Source: Bacteroidales bacterium (GTDB taxonomy: Bacteria; Bacteroidota; Bacteroidia; Bacteroidales; JAAUTT01). From it: DNA of 64,000 nt. Below the pieces are notes generated by a model that was not told where the DNA came from, did no database searches, and saw only the letters and a list, made by a program, of their open reading frames with translations. The stretch covers positions 75,180 through 139,179 of the forward strand of contig JBBQTB010000008.1 of the NCBI GenBank assembly GCA_038213375.1, written 5' to 3'. The stretch's first letter is position 1, and each line of letters starts with the position of its first letter. Made by a program: the position numbers and the translations under genes. Below are positions 37,714 to 48,232 of this stretch, in pieces.

Positions 37714-37972
37714 GATGTATTTATTTAATTTAGTTGAATGCACAAATGTAAAAAGATTCATAGGTTTTTAGAGGATGAAATCTAATTCATAACAATTGAT
37801 GAGAACGCAATTATTGGAAACTGAGCCAGCGTGTGAAACTTTTCCCAACTATGATAAGTAGCCTAAACTGGTAAGTCCAAAGATGCTGCCAGAGTTTAAA
37901 TTTCTAAAACTCCTTATTCCTTATTCTACTATCCCAACTTTTAGCTCCTACCTCCCCTTCCAACTTTTTTCC

Positions 37973-37980
37973 TATATTTG
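37973..37980 (+). promoter_or_regulatory. possible -7 promoter element TATATTTG for the trehalose cluster
   Basis: Matches TAnnTTTG, 22 nt upstream of the ATG at 38003. There is no clear -33 TTTG. Confidence 0.3.
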
Positions 37981-38002
37981 ATCATCATAAAAATAGCAAT
38001 TC

Positions 38003-38959
38003 ATGCAAATCAAAAAAGCAGTGATCACCGCCGCCGCCAGAGGAGAAAGACTTTACCCGGTTGCCGATACCGTTCAGAAGGCTATGTTACCTGTTCTGGA
38101 TACTGATGGAATTAACAAACCCATTATACAAATTATAGCCGAAGAAGCTTTTTCAAGTGGAATTGAAGAGATTTGCGTGATATGCGCTCCCGGCGATGCC
38201 GAACGATATGTGGAAAGCTTTCGATCCCTTCATAACACCTTGTTGAAAGCATATAAGTACAGCGATTGGGCACAATTTCAGGCAACCAGCATTAAAAATT
38301 TGCTTGATCGCATCAGCTTCAAAGTTCAGGAAAAACCACAAGGGTATGGCGATGCCGTATATCAGGCGAAAGAATTTGTCCATAACGAAACTTTTCTACT
38401 GCTTCTAGGTGATTATCTGTATGTTTCTGATTTGCCCGGCAAACGTTGTGCCCAGCAATTAATTGATTTGGCTAATCGCGAAGATTGCTCGGCTTCGGCC
38501 GTGAATCCTACCATTGAACACTTGATTAGCAGGTACGGAACCCTTACCGGGAAATCGGTGTTGAATTATAATGGTGTCTATCAAATAGAACGGATTATCG
38601 AAAAGCCATCGGTAAGTCAGGCAGAACTGGAGCTTCAAACTCCCGGCCTTCGGGCTGGTTATTACCTTTGTTTTTTTGGGATGCACATCTTTAAGCCTAC
38701 TATTTTTGATTTACTGGAAGAAAGAATTCGTGATAATCCTGATGGAAAAAGCATACTGTTAACACCTGTTCAGGAAGAACTGGCAAAAACAGACAAATAC
38801 CTTGCTTTGGAAATGAAAGGCAACCGTTACGATACAAGTAAAAAATTAGGATTGTTGCAAGCTCAGCTGGCACTTGGATTGGCTGGCAAAGTAAAGGATG
38901 AGGTGCTTTCTTCTATCATTCAAATAATGGCTGAATCTGATAAAAGAAATTTTAAATAG
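38003..38959 (+). CDS. GalU-like sugar-1-phosphate nucleotidyltransferase with a divergent signature motif
   Basis: AVITAAARGERLYPVADTVQKAMLPV aligns with the [26 protein letters not shown] signature, but the GxGTR core is replaced. QEKPQGYGDAV is present. Confidence 0.65.
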   Translation: MQIKKAVITAAARGERLYPVADTVQKAMLPVLDTDGINKPIIQIIAEEAFSSGIEEICVICAPGDAERYVESFRSLHNTLLKAYKYSDWAQFQATSIKNLLDRISFKVQEKPQGYGDAVYQAKEFVHNETFLLLLGDYLYVSDLPGKRCAQQLIDLANREDCSASAVNPTIEHLISRYGTLTGKSVLNYNGVYQIERIIEKPSVSQAELELQTPGLRAGYYLCFFGMHIFKPTIFDLLEERIRDNPDGKSILLTPVQEELAKTDKYLALEMKGNRYDTSKKLGLLQAQLALGLAGKVKDEVLSSIIQIMAESDKRNFK

Positions 38960-39021
38960 AGGCAAGAGGCAAGAGGCAAGAGGCATGTGACTTGTGACGT
39001 GAGGCAAGAGGCATGAGGACT
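38959..39021 (+). repeat. nine tandem heptamers (GAGGCAA x3, GAGGCAT, GTGACTT, GTGACGT, GAGGCAA, GAGGCAT, GAGGACT)
   Basis: Read directly. The array starts at the last base of the TAG stop of the GalU-like gene and ends about 40 nt before the ATG at 39062. Confidence 0.85.
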
Positions 39022-39061
39022 TTATGACAAATGATAATCAAATAACCCGTAACCTGTAATC

Positions 39062-42000
39062 ATGAACCATTTCATAAAAACCATCATATCGCATGAGCCC
39101 GAGATCCGGAATCGTTCATTTCATGAATTATGTAAAGGGTTACCGGCAAAGCAGCTTATCTCATCGTTTAAAGAACTCGACGAATTTCGAAAAACCACGC
39201 AAAACTTATATGAGCGTGTGCGAGCCAGCATATTCTTGTATGCTGGATATCGGTTCTTTTTAATGGAATCTCCATCTATTCCGGCTATCGGGCGAATCCC
39301 TGCCGATGGATTCGAAAACTTGTTAAAACGGAATTTCGAAAAAGCAATCAGTATTTTTCTCAATGAAATGCATGATCACGGGCCCAATTCAAATATTTTC
39401 AGTTGTCTGGCCGAGAGTTATCATCATCTTACATTTCAGATTCTGGCCGATCAGGTTCGGAAGAGCGTTCGTTTAAATCGCGGCAATCAATGGATGTTTC
39501 GTGTTGGTCATTATGATGAACATCCTCTGAAGATCCATCCAAAAATGCTTCACCGACCAGAGGGCTCGATGCTTTTTCCCGTTCTACAGGAAAAAACTTC
39601 GGTACGTATGGATTTGACGCACAGCTGTTGGTCGGATATTTTCTTTCTCGGAATGGATTATCCTGAAGGAGCCAGAGTAATTAATGTTTCAATTGATTTG
39701 GGTGTATATGGACGTGATAATGATATCAAACCTCCCCTTGAATCGTATGTGAGAGTGATCAATGAACCTGTTATACGGTTAACTTCCTTGGATTTAAAGG
39801 ATACAAAAGACATTACCGACTTGTCTGATCTATTTAATTTTGGCAACGATTATTTGGGTCTTTTAAAAGCCGCGATCGTTTCATCCGGATTTATTCCTTC
39901 CTCTTTCGAAGGGACAACTCATAAAATAGAAGACATTCTGGGTCGGATTATTTCTCCTGGCATGGGCATTGAGCTTGTTACAAAGGTGAACGATATACCA
40001 AAAGGCTCGCGTTTGGCGGTTTCAACTAATTTATTGGCATCAATGATTAGCGCATTGATGAGGGCTACACAGCAAACGCAATCCATTGAAGGCGCCCTCA
40101 CGGAGCAGGAACGAAGACTTATTGCTTCGCGTGCCATACTTGGCGAATGGCTGGGAGGTTCCGGTGGTGGATGGCAGGATTCAGGTGGTATCTGGACGGG
40201 CATCAAATCCATTGAAGGAGCTTTAGCAAGCGAAGGCGATCCTGAGTTTTCTATTAGCCGCGGATGCTTGTTGCCCAGACATCGGGTATTGGATGGAGAA
40301 AATCTTCATCCCGATTTCGAAAAAAAATTAACCTCATCGCTTGTGCTTATGCATGGAGGAATGGCCTCTAATGTTGGGCCGATCCTCGAAATGGTAACAG
40401 AGAAATACTTGTTGCGAAATCAAAAGGAATGTTACGCCCGGCAAAAAGCCAATTCCATTTATGACGAAATACTGGAATTATTAAAAGATAGCGACATTCA
40501 AAAACTCGCCTCATTTACGTCGCAAAATTTTACCGGTCCAATAAAAACAATCATACCTTGGGCAACTACCCATTTTACAGAAGTGCTGATCGATAAAGCG
40601 AAGAAAGCTTTTGGTGATAATTATTGGGGTTTTCTAATGCTTGGAGGTATGTCGGGTGGAGGTATGGGTATGTTTGTAAATCCTTCCATTCATGCCGAAG
40701 CCAAAGACAAGACTTTGCAAATACTTTGTAAAACTAAAAATGAGCTTTCCGATAGTCTTCCTTTCGCCATGACACCTGTGGTTTATAACTTCAACATTAA
40801 TCATCATGGTTCATTTGCAGCTTTGCTTACAAAAAATGAAGCGTTGATGCCCGACGAATATTATGCCATGCACATCCCTTTGCTGGTTCGGCAAAATCCT
40901 GAAAAGCTTCCCGAAATAAGGAAAATTGAAATTGACAAAATAACCGGTAAAACATCTGGTAGCGACGCTGCATTTCCTCTTTTGAGGTCGATTGTAGGTA
41001 ATTTGTTCAAGTTTTCTTCAACGGCAGAATCGGTTGAAAAATTACAACAAAACGAAGAGACTGAATTTATTAAGAAAGTAAATGGTTTCGATTTTATTCA
41101 GCATGAACAAATAAGGCAGGATCTTTTTAAAGGACGCATCGGTCTTTCACGAAATCGTCTCCCTGCTGAAACTATCATTGAAGACATTTCTTCAGATGAC
41201 ATTACTGTATTAAGCAATATCTCCGACGATGATGGCACCGGAGCATCTTCCATTGCTGCAGGCCATGTGGCAGTAATGTGTTTGGCAGCCGGAGTTGGCA
41301 GCCGATGGACGAAAGGCGCAGGTGTAATAAAGGCAATTAATCCTTTTGTGGAGATAAACGGCAAACATCGCTCTTTTCTTGAAATACATTTGTCGAAAAC
41401 ACAACTTACCAATAACAAGTATAACGGACACATCCCTTTTATCATTGCCACCAGCTATCTAACGCATCATCCCATTGAAAAGGAACTTAATGCAACATTA
41501 AATTACGGTTATCAGGAAAAAATTTACCTTTCACCCGGAAAGTCAATAGGACAGCGATTTATCCCAATGGAACGCGATTTACGATTTCTTTGGGAGGAGA
41601 TGCCTCAGGAACAACTCGATGAAAACAAACAAAAAGTTCGTGAATCTGTTCGTGCTTCTCTCATTAATTGGGCAAAAAGCAAAGGTGAGAGTACTGATTA
41701 TTTTGACAATACTTCAGCTCAACGACTTAGTCCGCTTGGTCACTGGTATGAAATTCCAAACATGCTGCGCAACGGATCATTGGTAAAACTGCTTAAAAAC
41801 AACCAGAAACTTGAGCATATTATGCTTCATAATATCGACACACTAGGAGCCGATGTTCTGCCCGAGGCATTAAACTACCACATCAAATCAGGCAATGCGC
41901 TAACTTTCGAAGTCCTACCCCGAAGAATTGATGATCGTGGGGGTGGACTGGCTCGTATCAATGGTAAAGTGCGATTGCTCGAAGGCCTGGCACAACCACA

Positions 42001-42397
42001 TGAGGAAGACGAATTAGGACTCAGTTATTACAGCACACTTACCTGCTGGATAAACATAGATAAGCTTCTCGAAATATTCGGCCTTACCCGTAAAAGCCTT
42101 GAAGTAGCCGGCGAAGATGAACTGGCAGAAGCTGTGCGACGGATCGCCCGCCGTATGCCGTCGTATGTTACAATAAAGGATGTTAAATATCGGTGGGGTC
42201 ATGGCCAGGAAGACATTTATCCTGTTGCCCAGATAGAAAAACTTTGGGGGGATATGAGCGGGCTTTCTGATGTCCAATGCGGATATATGGTGGTGCCACG
42301 GTTGCGCGGTCAGCAACTGAAAGATCCTTCCCAGCTGGATGCGTGGGTAAACGACGGAAGTAAAGAGTATATCGTATCGCTTTGCGAGTTTAAATAA
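39062..42397 (+). CDS. 1111-aa multidomain protein: N-terminal unknown region, GHMP-kinase-like (fucokinase-like) domain, C-terminal UDPGP-type NDP-sugar pyrophosphorylase-like domain
   Basis: GHMP-like elements PKGSRLAVSTNLLASMISAL, GGSGGGWQDSGG and GFLMLGGMSGGGMGMFV. C-terminal MCLAAGVGSRWTKGAGVIKAINPF and NIDTLGA resemble eukaryote-type UDP-sugar pyrophosphorylases. Confidence 0.55.
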   Translation: MNHFIKTIISHEPEIRNRSFHELCKGLPAKQLISSFKELDEFRKTTQNLYERVRASIFLYAGYRFFLMESPSIPAIGRIPADGFENLLKRNFEKAISIFLNEMHDHGPNSNIFSCLAESYHHLTFQILADQVRKSVRLNRGNQWMFRVGHYDEHPLKIHPKMLHRPEGSMLFPVLQEKTSVRMDLTHSCWSDIFFLGMDYPEGARVINVSIDLGVYGRDNDIKPPLESYVRVINEPVIRLTSLDLKDTKDITDLSDLFNFGNDYLGLLKAAIVSSGFIPSSFEGTTHKIEDILGRIISPGMGIELVTKVNDIPKGSRLAVSTNLLASMISALMRATQQTQSIEGALTEQERRLIASRAILGEWLGGSGGGWQDSGGIWTGIKSIEGALASEGDPEFSISRGCLLPRHRVLDGENLHPDFEKKLTSSLVLMHGGMASNVGPILEMVTEKYLLRNQKECYARQKANSIYDEILELLKDSDIQKLASFTSQNFTGPIKTIIPWATTHFTEVLIDKAKKAFGDNYWGFLMLGGMSGGGMGMFVNPSIHAEAKDKTLQILCKTKNELSDSLPFAMTPVVYNFNINHHGSFAALLTKNEALMPDEYYAMHIPLLVRQNPEKLPEIRKIEIDKITGKTSGSDAAFPLLRSIVGNLFKFSSTAESVEKLQQNEETEFIKKVNGFDFIQHEQIRQDLFKGRIGLSRNRLPAETIIEDISSDDITVLSNISDDDGTGASSIAAGHVAVMCLAAGVGSRWTKGAGVIKAINPFVEINGKHRSFLEIHLSKTQLTNNKYNGHIPFIIATSYLTHHPIEKELNATLNYGYQEKIYLSPGKSIGQRFIPMERDLRFLWEEMPQEQLDENKQKVRESVRASLINWAKSKGESTDYFDNTSAQRLSPLGHWYEIPNMLRNGSLVKLLKNNQKLEHIMLHNIDTLGADVLPEALNYHIKSGNALTFEVLPRRIDDRGGGLARINGKVRLLEGLAQPHEEDELGLSYYSTLTCWINIDKLLEIFGLTRKSLEVAGEDELAEAVRRIARRMPSYVTIKDVKYRWGHGQEDIYPVAQIEKLWGDMSGLSDVQCGYMVVPRLRGQQLKDPSQLDAWVNDGSKEYIVSLCEFK

Positions 42398-42589
42398 AAA
42401 TCTTAGTACTTGGTAATTGGTACTTTACAATTATTTGTGTTAAATTTACTCTTAATTCATGGGGCGGGATAATTGATAAATCAATCCCTGATAAGGCAAT
42501 ATTATATTACGTAATCAACTGATAGTTATACCAAAACAGATGGGGAAATTTATTTCCCTGCACAGAAGTTCACCTAAAAAACTAGTGCA

Positions 42590-44374
42590 ATGGTTACAAA
42601 AAAAGTTAATAAATACGATTTTGGAGTCATAGGAAATTGTTCTTATCTTGGTTATATTGATACAAAGGCAAACGTAAACTGGTTATGTTTACCAAGGTTT
42701 GACAGTAGTTTTTTATTTGGATCACTTCTTGATCATGAAAAGGGTGGAGAATTCAGTATTTCTCCTGCTACGGACGATTATAAATCCAAACAGTACTATA
42801 TCAAGAATACCAATATATTAGCCACTGAATTTGAGATGGCTGAAGGCAGGTTTCGAGTGGTTGATTTTGCACCTCGTTTTTATCAATACGAACGTTATTT
42901 TAAGCCGTTAATGCTATTCCGAAAAATAGAACTGCTCGAAGGCAATCCTTTTATCTCAGTAGTATGCCGTCCCGTGGGCGATTATGGCTCAATGATACCT
43001 GAAACTGTGGGGGGCAGCAATCATATTCGTTTTTTGAATTTTAATACGCAGGTTCGCCTTACCACCGACATACCTTTAGGTTATATTTTAAGTAAAAAAT
43101 CGTTTGTTCTAACCGAAACAAAATATGCTGTATTTAGTTATGGCGTACCTCTGGAAGCGCCGCTGGCTGAAACTACTGAGTCGTTTCTTACTAAAACTAA
43201 AAAGTATTGGACCGATTGGGTAAAGGCTACTTCCGTTCCTAATATTTATCAGGATGAGGTAATTCGTTCTGCATTAGTGTTAAAGCTTCATCAATACGAA
43301 GATACAGGAGCTGTGATAGCTTCCGGAACAACCAGTTTACCCGAATTTAACGGCTCGCAGCGTACTTGGGATTACCGTTACTGCTGGATGCGTGATACAT
43401 ATTATACTCTAAACGCTTTTAATAATATCGGGCACTTTGAAGAATTGGAGAGTTACTTTCAATTTATTCAAAATATTATAATGAATGAAAAGCAACAAAT
43501 AAAGCCCTTGTATACCATTCTTGGCGATAGGGTTCCTAACGAAAAAATATTGCTTCTTGACGGATATCAGCATAACAAGCCTGTTAGAACAGGAAATAAC
43601 GCCATTGATCAGGTTCAGAACGATGTATATGGTCAGATTCTGATTAGTTTATTGCCATTATTTATTGATAAACGTCTGAATTATATTGATCGGAAAAAAA
43701 CCGAATTCATTACCGAATGGCTTCTCGATCGTATAGAAGAATATATGGACATTCCTGACTCAGGACTTTGGGAATTCGGAACAACAAATCAATTTCATTG
43801 TTACACATATTTGTTTCATTGGGCAGGGTGCAGGGCTGCTGCCAAAATTGGCAGGTTTATTGATAGTGATAGATTAATAAGAAAGGCGGAATCACTAACC
43901 AGACAATCGATTCTATTTATCGAAAAATGCTACAGTCCAACAAAACTGGCTTATACTCAGGCAGTAGGTAATGAACATCTGGACGCAAGTAATTTGCAAC
44001 TGATACTTATGAGTTACCTTAACCCGGGAAGCGATATAGCTATGAACCATTTAAAAGCACACGAAAAGGAGTTGTTCAGAGACGATAATTTATTTTTTAG
44101 ATACACCCGTGACGATTTAGGAAAGGCTGAAACTTCATTTCTAATTTGCGGTTTTTGGTATGCCGAGACGCTTGCAGCCACAGGACGGCTAGACAAGGCA
44201 CAAGAAATAATTGAAAAACTTCTGAAGTGTTCCAATCATTTAGGCTTATTTAGTGAGGATGCCGACGAAAACTTCGGACAATGGGGTAATTTTCCACAAA
44301 CATATAGCCATGTGGGATTGGTAAACGCCATTTATAAATTATCCATGAAGATTGATAAACCCATTTTTTTGTAA
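42590..44374 (+). CDS. GH15 glycoside hydrolase (glucoamylase/trehalase-like)
   Basis: N-terminal GVIGNCSYLGYID...NWLCLPRFDS, WDYRYCWMRDTYYTL, and the C-terminal (alpha/alpha)6 motif FPQTYSHVGLVNA. Confidence 0.8.
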   Translation: MVTKKVNKYDFGVIGNCSYLGYIDTKANVNWLCLPRFDSSFLFGSLLDHEKGGEFSISPATDDYKSKQYYIKNTNILATEFEMAEGRFRVVDFAPRFYQYERYFKPLMLFRKIELLEGNPFISVVCRPVGDYGSMIPETVGGSNHIRFLNFNTQVRLTTDIPLGYILSKKSFVLTETKYAVFSYGVPLEAPLAETTESFLTKTKKYWTDWVKATSVPNIYQDEVIRSALVLKLHQYEDTGAVIASGTTSLPEFNGSQRTWDYRYCWMRDTYYTLNAFNNIGHFEELESYFQFIQNIIMNEKQQIKPLYTILGDRVPNEKILLLDGYQHNKPVRTGNNAIDQVQNDVYGQILISLLPLFIDKRLNYIDRKKTEFITEWLLDRIEEYMDIPDSGLWEFGTTNQFHCYTYLFHWAGCRAAAKIGRFIDSDRLIRKAESLTRQSILFIEKCYSPTKLAYTQAVGNEHLDASNLQLILMSYLNPGSDIAMNHLKAHEKELFRDDNLFFRYTRDDLGKAETSFLICGFWYAETLAATGRLDKAQEIIEKLLKCSNHLGLFSEDADENFGQWGNFPQTYSHVGLVNAIYKLSMKIDKPIFL

Positions 44375-44377
44375 ACC

Positions 44378-46585
44378 ATGAAAACTTTTAGCGAACTGAG
44401 TTATAACAGGCTGGTAATTATTGCCTACCGATTACCGTTTAAGCTTGTGAAAAAGGGAAATGTTAATATAGCGGTCCAAAATGCCGGAGGTTTAGTTTCG
44501 GCCATTCTTTCGCTATCAGAAAAGATGAATATTAGTTCTGGTAGTGACTCGAAAATACTTTGGATTGGTACTGGTGAAAAACAGCTTGGGAAGGAAAATA
44601 TCAACCCAAAATTTGATCTTCTTCCTGTGGAAATTCCCGATCAAATAAACGATGAGTATTATGGGGGATTTTGCAACGATACTATCTGGCCTCTGTTTCA
44701 TTATTTTCCATCGCTTACCGTCTACAATCCAACTTATTATGAGTCGTATGCTAAAGCGAATCAAATTTTTGCCGATACACTCAAAGATGTAATCAAACCA
44801 GGCGATTTCATTTGGGTACACGATTACCAATTGTTTCATTTACCTTCACTTATACGAAGTTATTTTCCTGATGCCAAGATTGGTTTTTTCCTTCATATTC
44901 CATTTCCTTCCTCGGAACTTTTCCGGCATCTGCCCCGTACATGGCGCGAGTCAATCCTGAAAGGAATTATAGGGGCCGACCTAATTGGATTTCATACCAA
45001 TGACTATACTCAGCATTTTATCAAATCTGTTAAAAGGACACTTGGTTGCGAAATAAATCAAAATTACATCTACGTAGAGGATAGGATATGTAAGGTAGAT
45101 GCATTCCCGATTGGTATCGATTTTGATAAGTTTCACGAGGCTTGTTCTTTACCAAAGGTGCTTAAAGAAAAGGAACGATTAAAGAAGCAATTAAAGGGTA
45201 AAAAGCTAATTTTTTCGGTAGATCGGTTGGATTACACCAAAGGTTTCTTATATCGGCTGCTCGCTTATGAGCGTTTTCTGGAAAAATACCCAAAATGGCA
45301 TCAAAAGTCTGTTTTTAATATGGTCGTGGTTCCGTCAAGAGACAATATTGATCGGTATCGGGATATAAAAAAGGAAATTGAAGCCACCGTTGGCCGGATA
45401 AATGGAAACTATAGTAACTTGGCCTGGAGACCATTAATATATCAGTATAAATCACTGTCATTTGAGGAACTTATAGCTCTTTATGATATAAGTGACGTAG
45501 GATTAATAACTCCGCTGCGCGATGGAATGAATCTGGTTGCAAAGGAATATGTGGCGTGTCAAAAAGAAAACAATGGAATGCTGGTTTTAAGCGAGATGGC
45601 TGGCGCCGCGGTGGAGCTTAACGAAGCTATTATAATTAATCCAACCGATGTGGAAGAAACAGCTGATGCTATAGACAAAGCGCTTGGCCTCCCTCAAAAG
45701 GAAAAGGAGCAAAAAATACATAAAATGCAGAACCGGCTAAGTCGTTACAATGTTTTTACATGGGCGACCGATTTTTTTAATCAGGCAGAAGATGTTACAG
45801 ACAAACAAAAACAAATGAAAGTGAATTTTTTAGAACCTCATGCTTTAACCGATATACGATCAACGTATTGTAAAACTGGTAAACGAGTGATATTTATTGA
45901 TTATGACGGCACCTTAATACCATTATCAAAATATCCGGATATGGCAATTTTGAACGAAAGGGCGGGAAACACCATTAAAAAACTGATTGACGACACAAGA
46001 AATAAAGTAATCATTATCAGTGGCAGGGAATGTGAATTTCTTGAAAGGCAGTTTGAAGGTCTTGATGTGACACTTGTTGCCGAGCATGGCTATTTTGTAA
46101 AAAATCCCAAAAAGGATTGGATAACAAAAAACTCCGTAGATCTGGCCTGGAAAGAAAAATTTTTACCTATTATGAATGAGTATGTTGACCGTTGCAATGG
46201 ATCGATGATTGAAGAAAAACATGCCTCAATAGCTTGGCATTACCGAAATGCCGATGAAGGAATTGCTTCCATACGTATTAATGAACTAAAGGACGATTTG
46301 ACGGAAATTTTAAAGACCGACTCAAAACTTCAGGTGCTGGAAGGGAATAAGGTGCTGGAAATTAAAAGTGTACTTTATGATAAGGGTACGGCAGCTCTCG
46401 AATTTCTAAATAAAAAAAAATACGATTTCATTATGGCTATTGGCGATGATAAAACGGACGAAGATTTATTCAATGTAATACCTGAATATGGATTCACCAT
46501 TAAAATTGGAACTAATCCATCCAAAGCCAAATTCAATTTAAAAAGGCAATCCCAAATTTATGAGATTTTGGAATTTTTATGCTAA
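44378..46585 (+). CDS. otsAB: bifunctional trehalose-6-phosphate synthase (GT20) / trehalose-6-phosphate phosphatase (HAD)
   Basis: GT20 motifs FCNDTIWPLFHYF, VHDYQLFHLP and RDGMNLVAKEY. The C-terminal HAD motifs are IFIDYDGTL and GDDKTDEDLF. Confidence 0.9.
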   Translation: MKTFSELSYNRLVIIAYRLPFKLVKKGNVNIAVQNAGGLVSAILSLSEKMNISSGSDSKILWIGTGEKQLGKENINPKFDLLPVEIPDQINDEYYGGFCNDTIWPLFHYFPSLTVYNPTYYESYAKANQIFADTLKDVIKPGDFIWVHDYQLFHLPSLIRSYFPDAKIGFFLHIPFPSSELFRHLPRTWRESILKGIIGADLIGFHTNDYTQHFIKSVKRTLGCEINQNYIYVEDRICKVDAFPIGIDFDKFHEACSLPKVLKEKERLKKQLKGKKLIFSVDRLDYTKGFLYRLLAYERFLEKYPKWHQKSVFNMVVVPSRDNIDRYRDIKKEIEATVGRINGNYSNLAWRPLIYQYKSLSFEELIALYDISDVGLITPLRDGMNLVAKEYVACQKENNGMLVLSEMAGAAVELNEAIIINPTDVEETADAIDKALGLPQKEKEQKIHKMQNRLSRYNVFTWATDFFNQAEDVTDKQKQMKVNFLEPHALTDIRSTYCKTGKRVIFIDYDGTLIPLSKYPDMAILNERAGNTIKKLIDDTRNKVIIISGRECEFLERQFEGLDVTLVAEHGYFVKNPKKDWITKNSVDLAWKEKFLPIMNEYVDRCNGSMIEEKHASIAWHYRNADEGIASIRINELKDDLTEILKTDSKLQVLEGNKVLEIKSVLYDKGTAALEFLNKKKYDFIMAIGDDKTDEDLFNVIPEYGFTIKIGTNPSKAKFNLKRQSQIYEILEFLC

Positions 46586-46764
46586 TAAATTCACTGGCAA
46601 AAAGATGATGGTGTGAGTCCACCTATAAATTCCTTGAAATATACCTAAAAAATGGTATGCAATATACCAATTGTATGGTATTTTCATTTCAAGTTATAAT
46701 ACCGAATTTTGACAAAGCGAAAATGTCAATATCAATTGAAAACCCAATTCCATTAAAAACCTAA

Positions 46765-48069
<1,305 letters not shown>

Positions 48070-48232
48070 AGTATTAAAAATATAGTAGTTTTTTACATTA
48101 GAAGAATATTCCATATTTGATTTATTCAACCTTATTACCTTATTTATTAACCAATTAAATGGGTAATAGGGTTATAAGGTTGTTCTTAGTTCAGCTATAA
48201 TTAAAAACATGATTGTTTCATATACTTTACCG

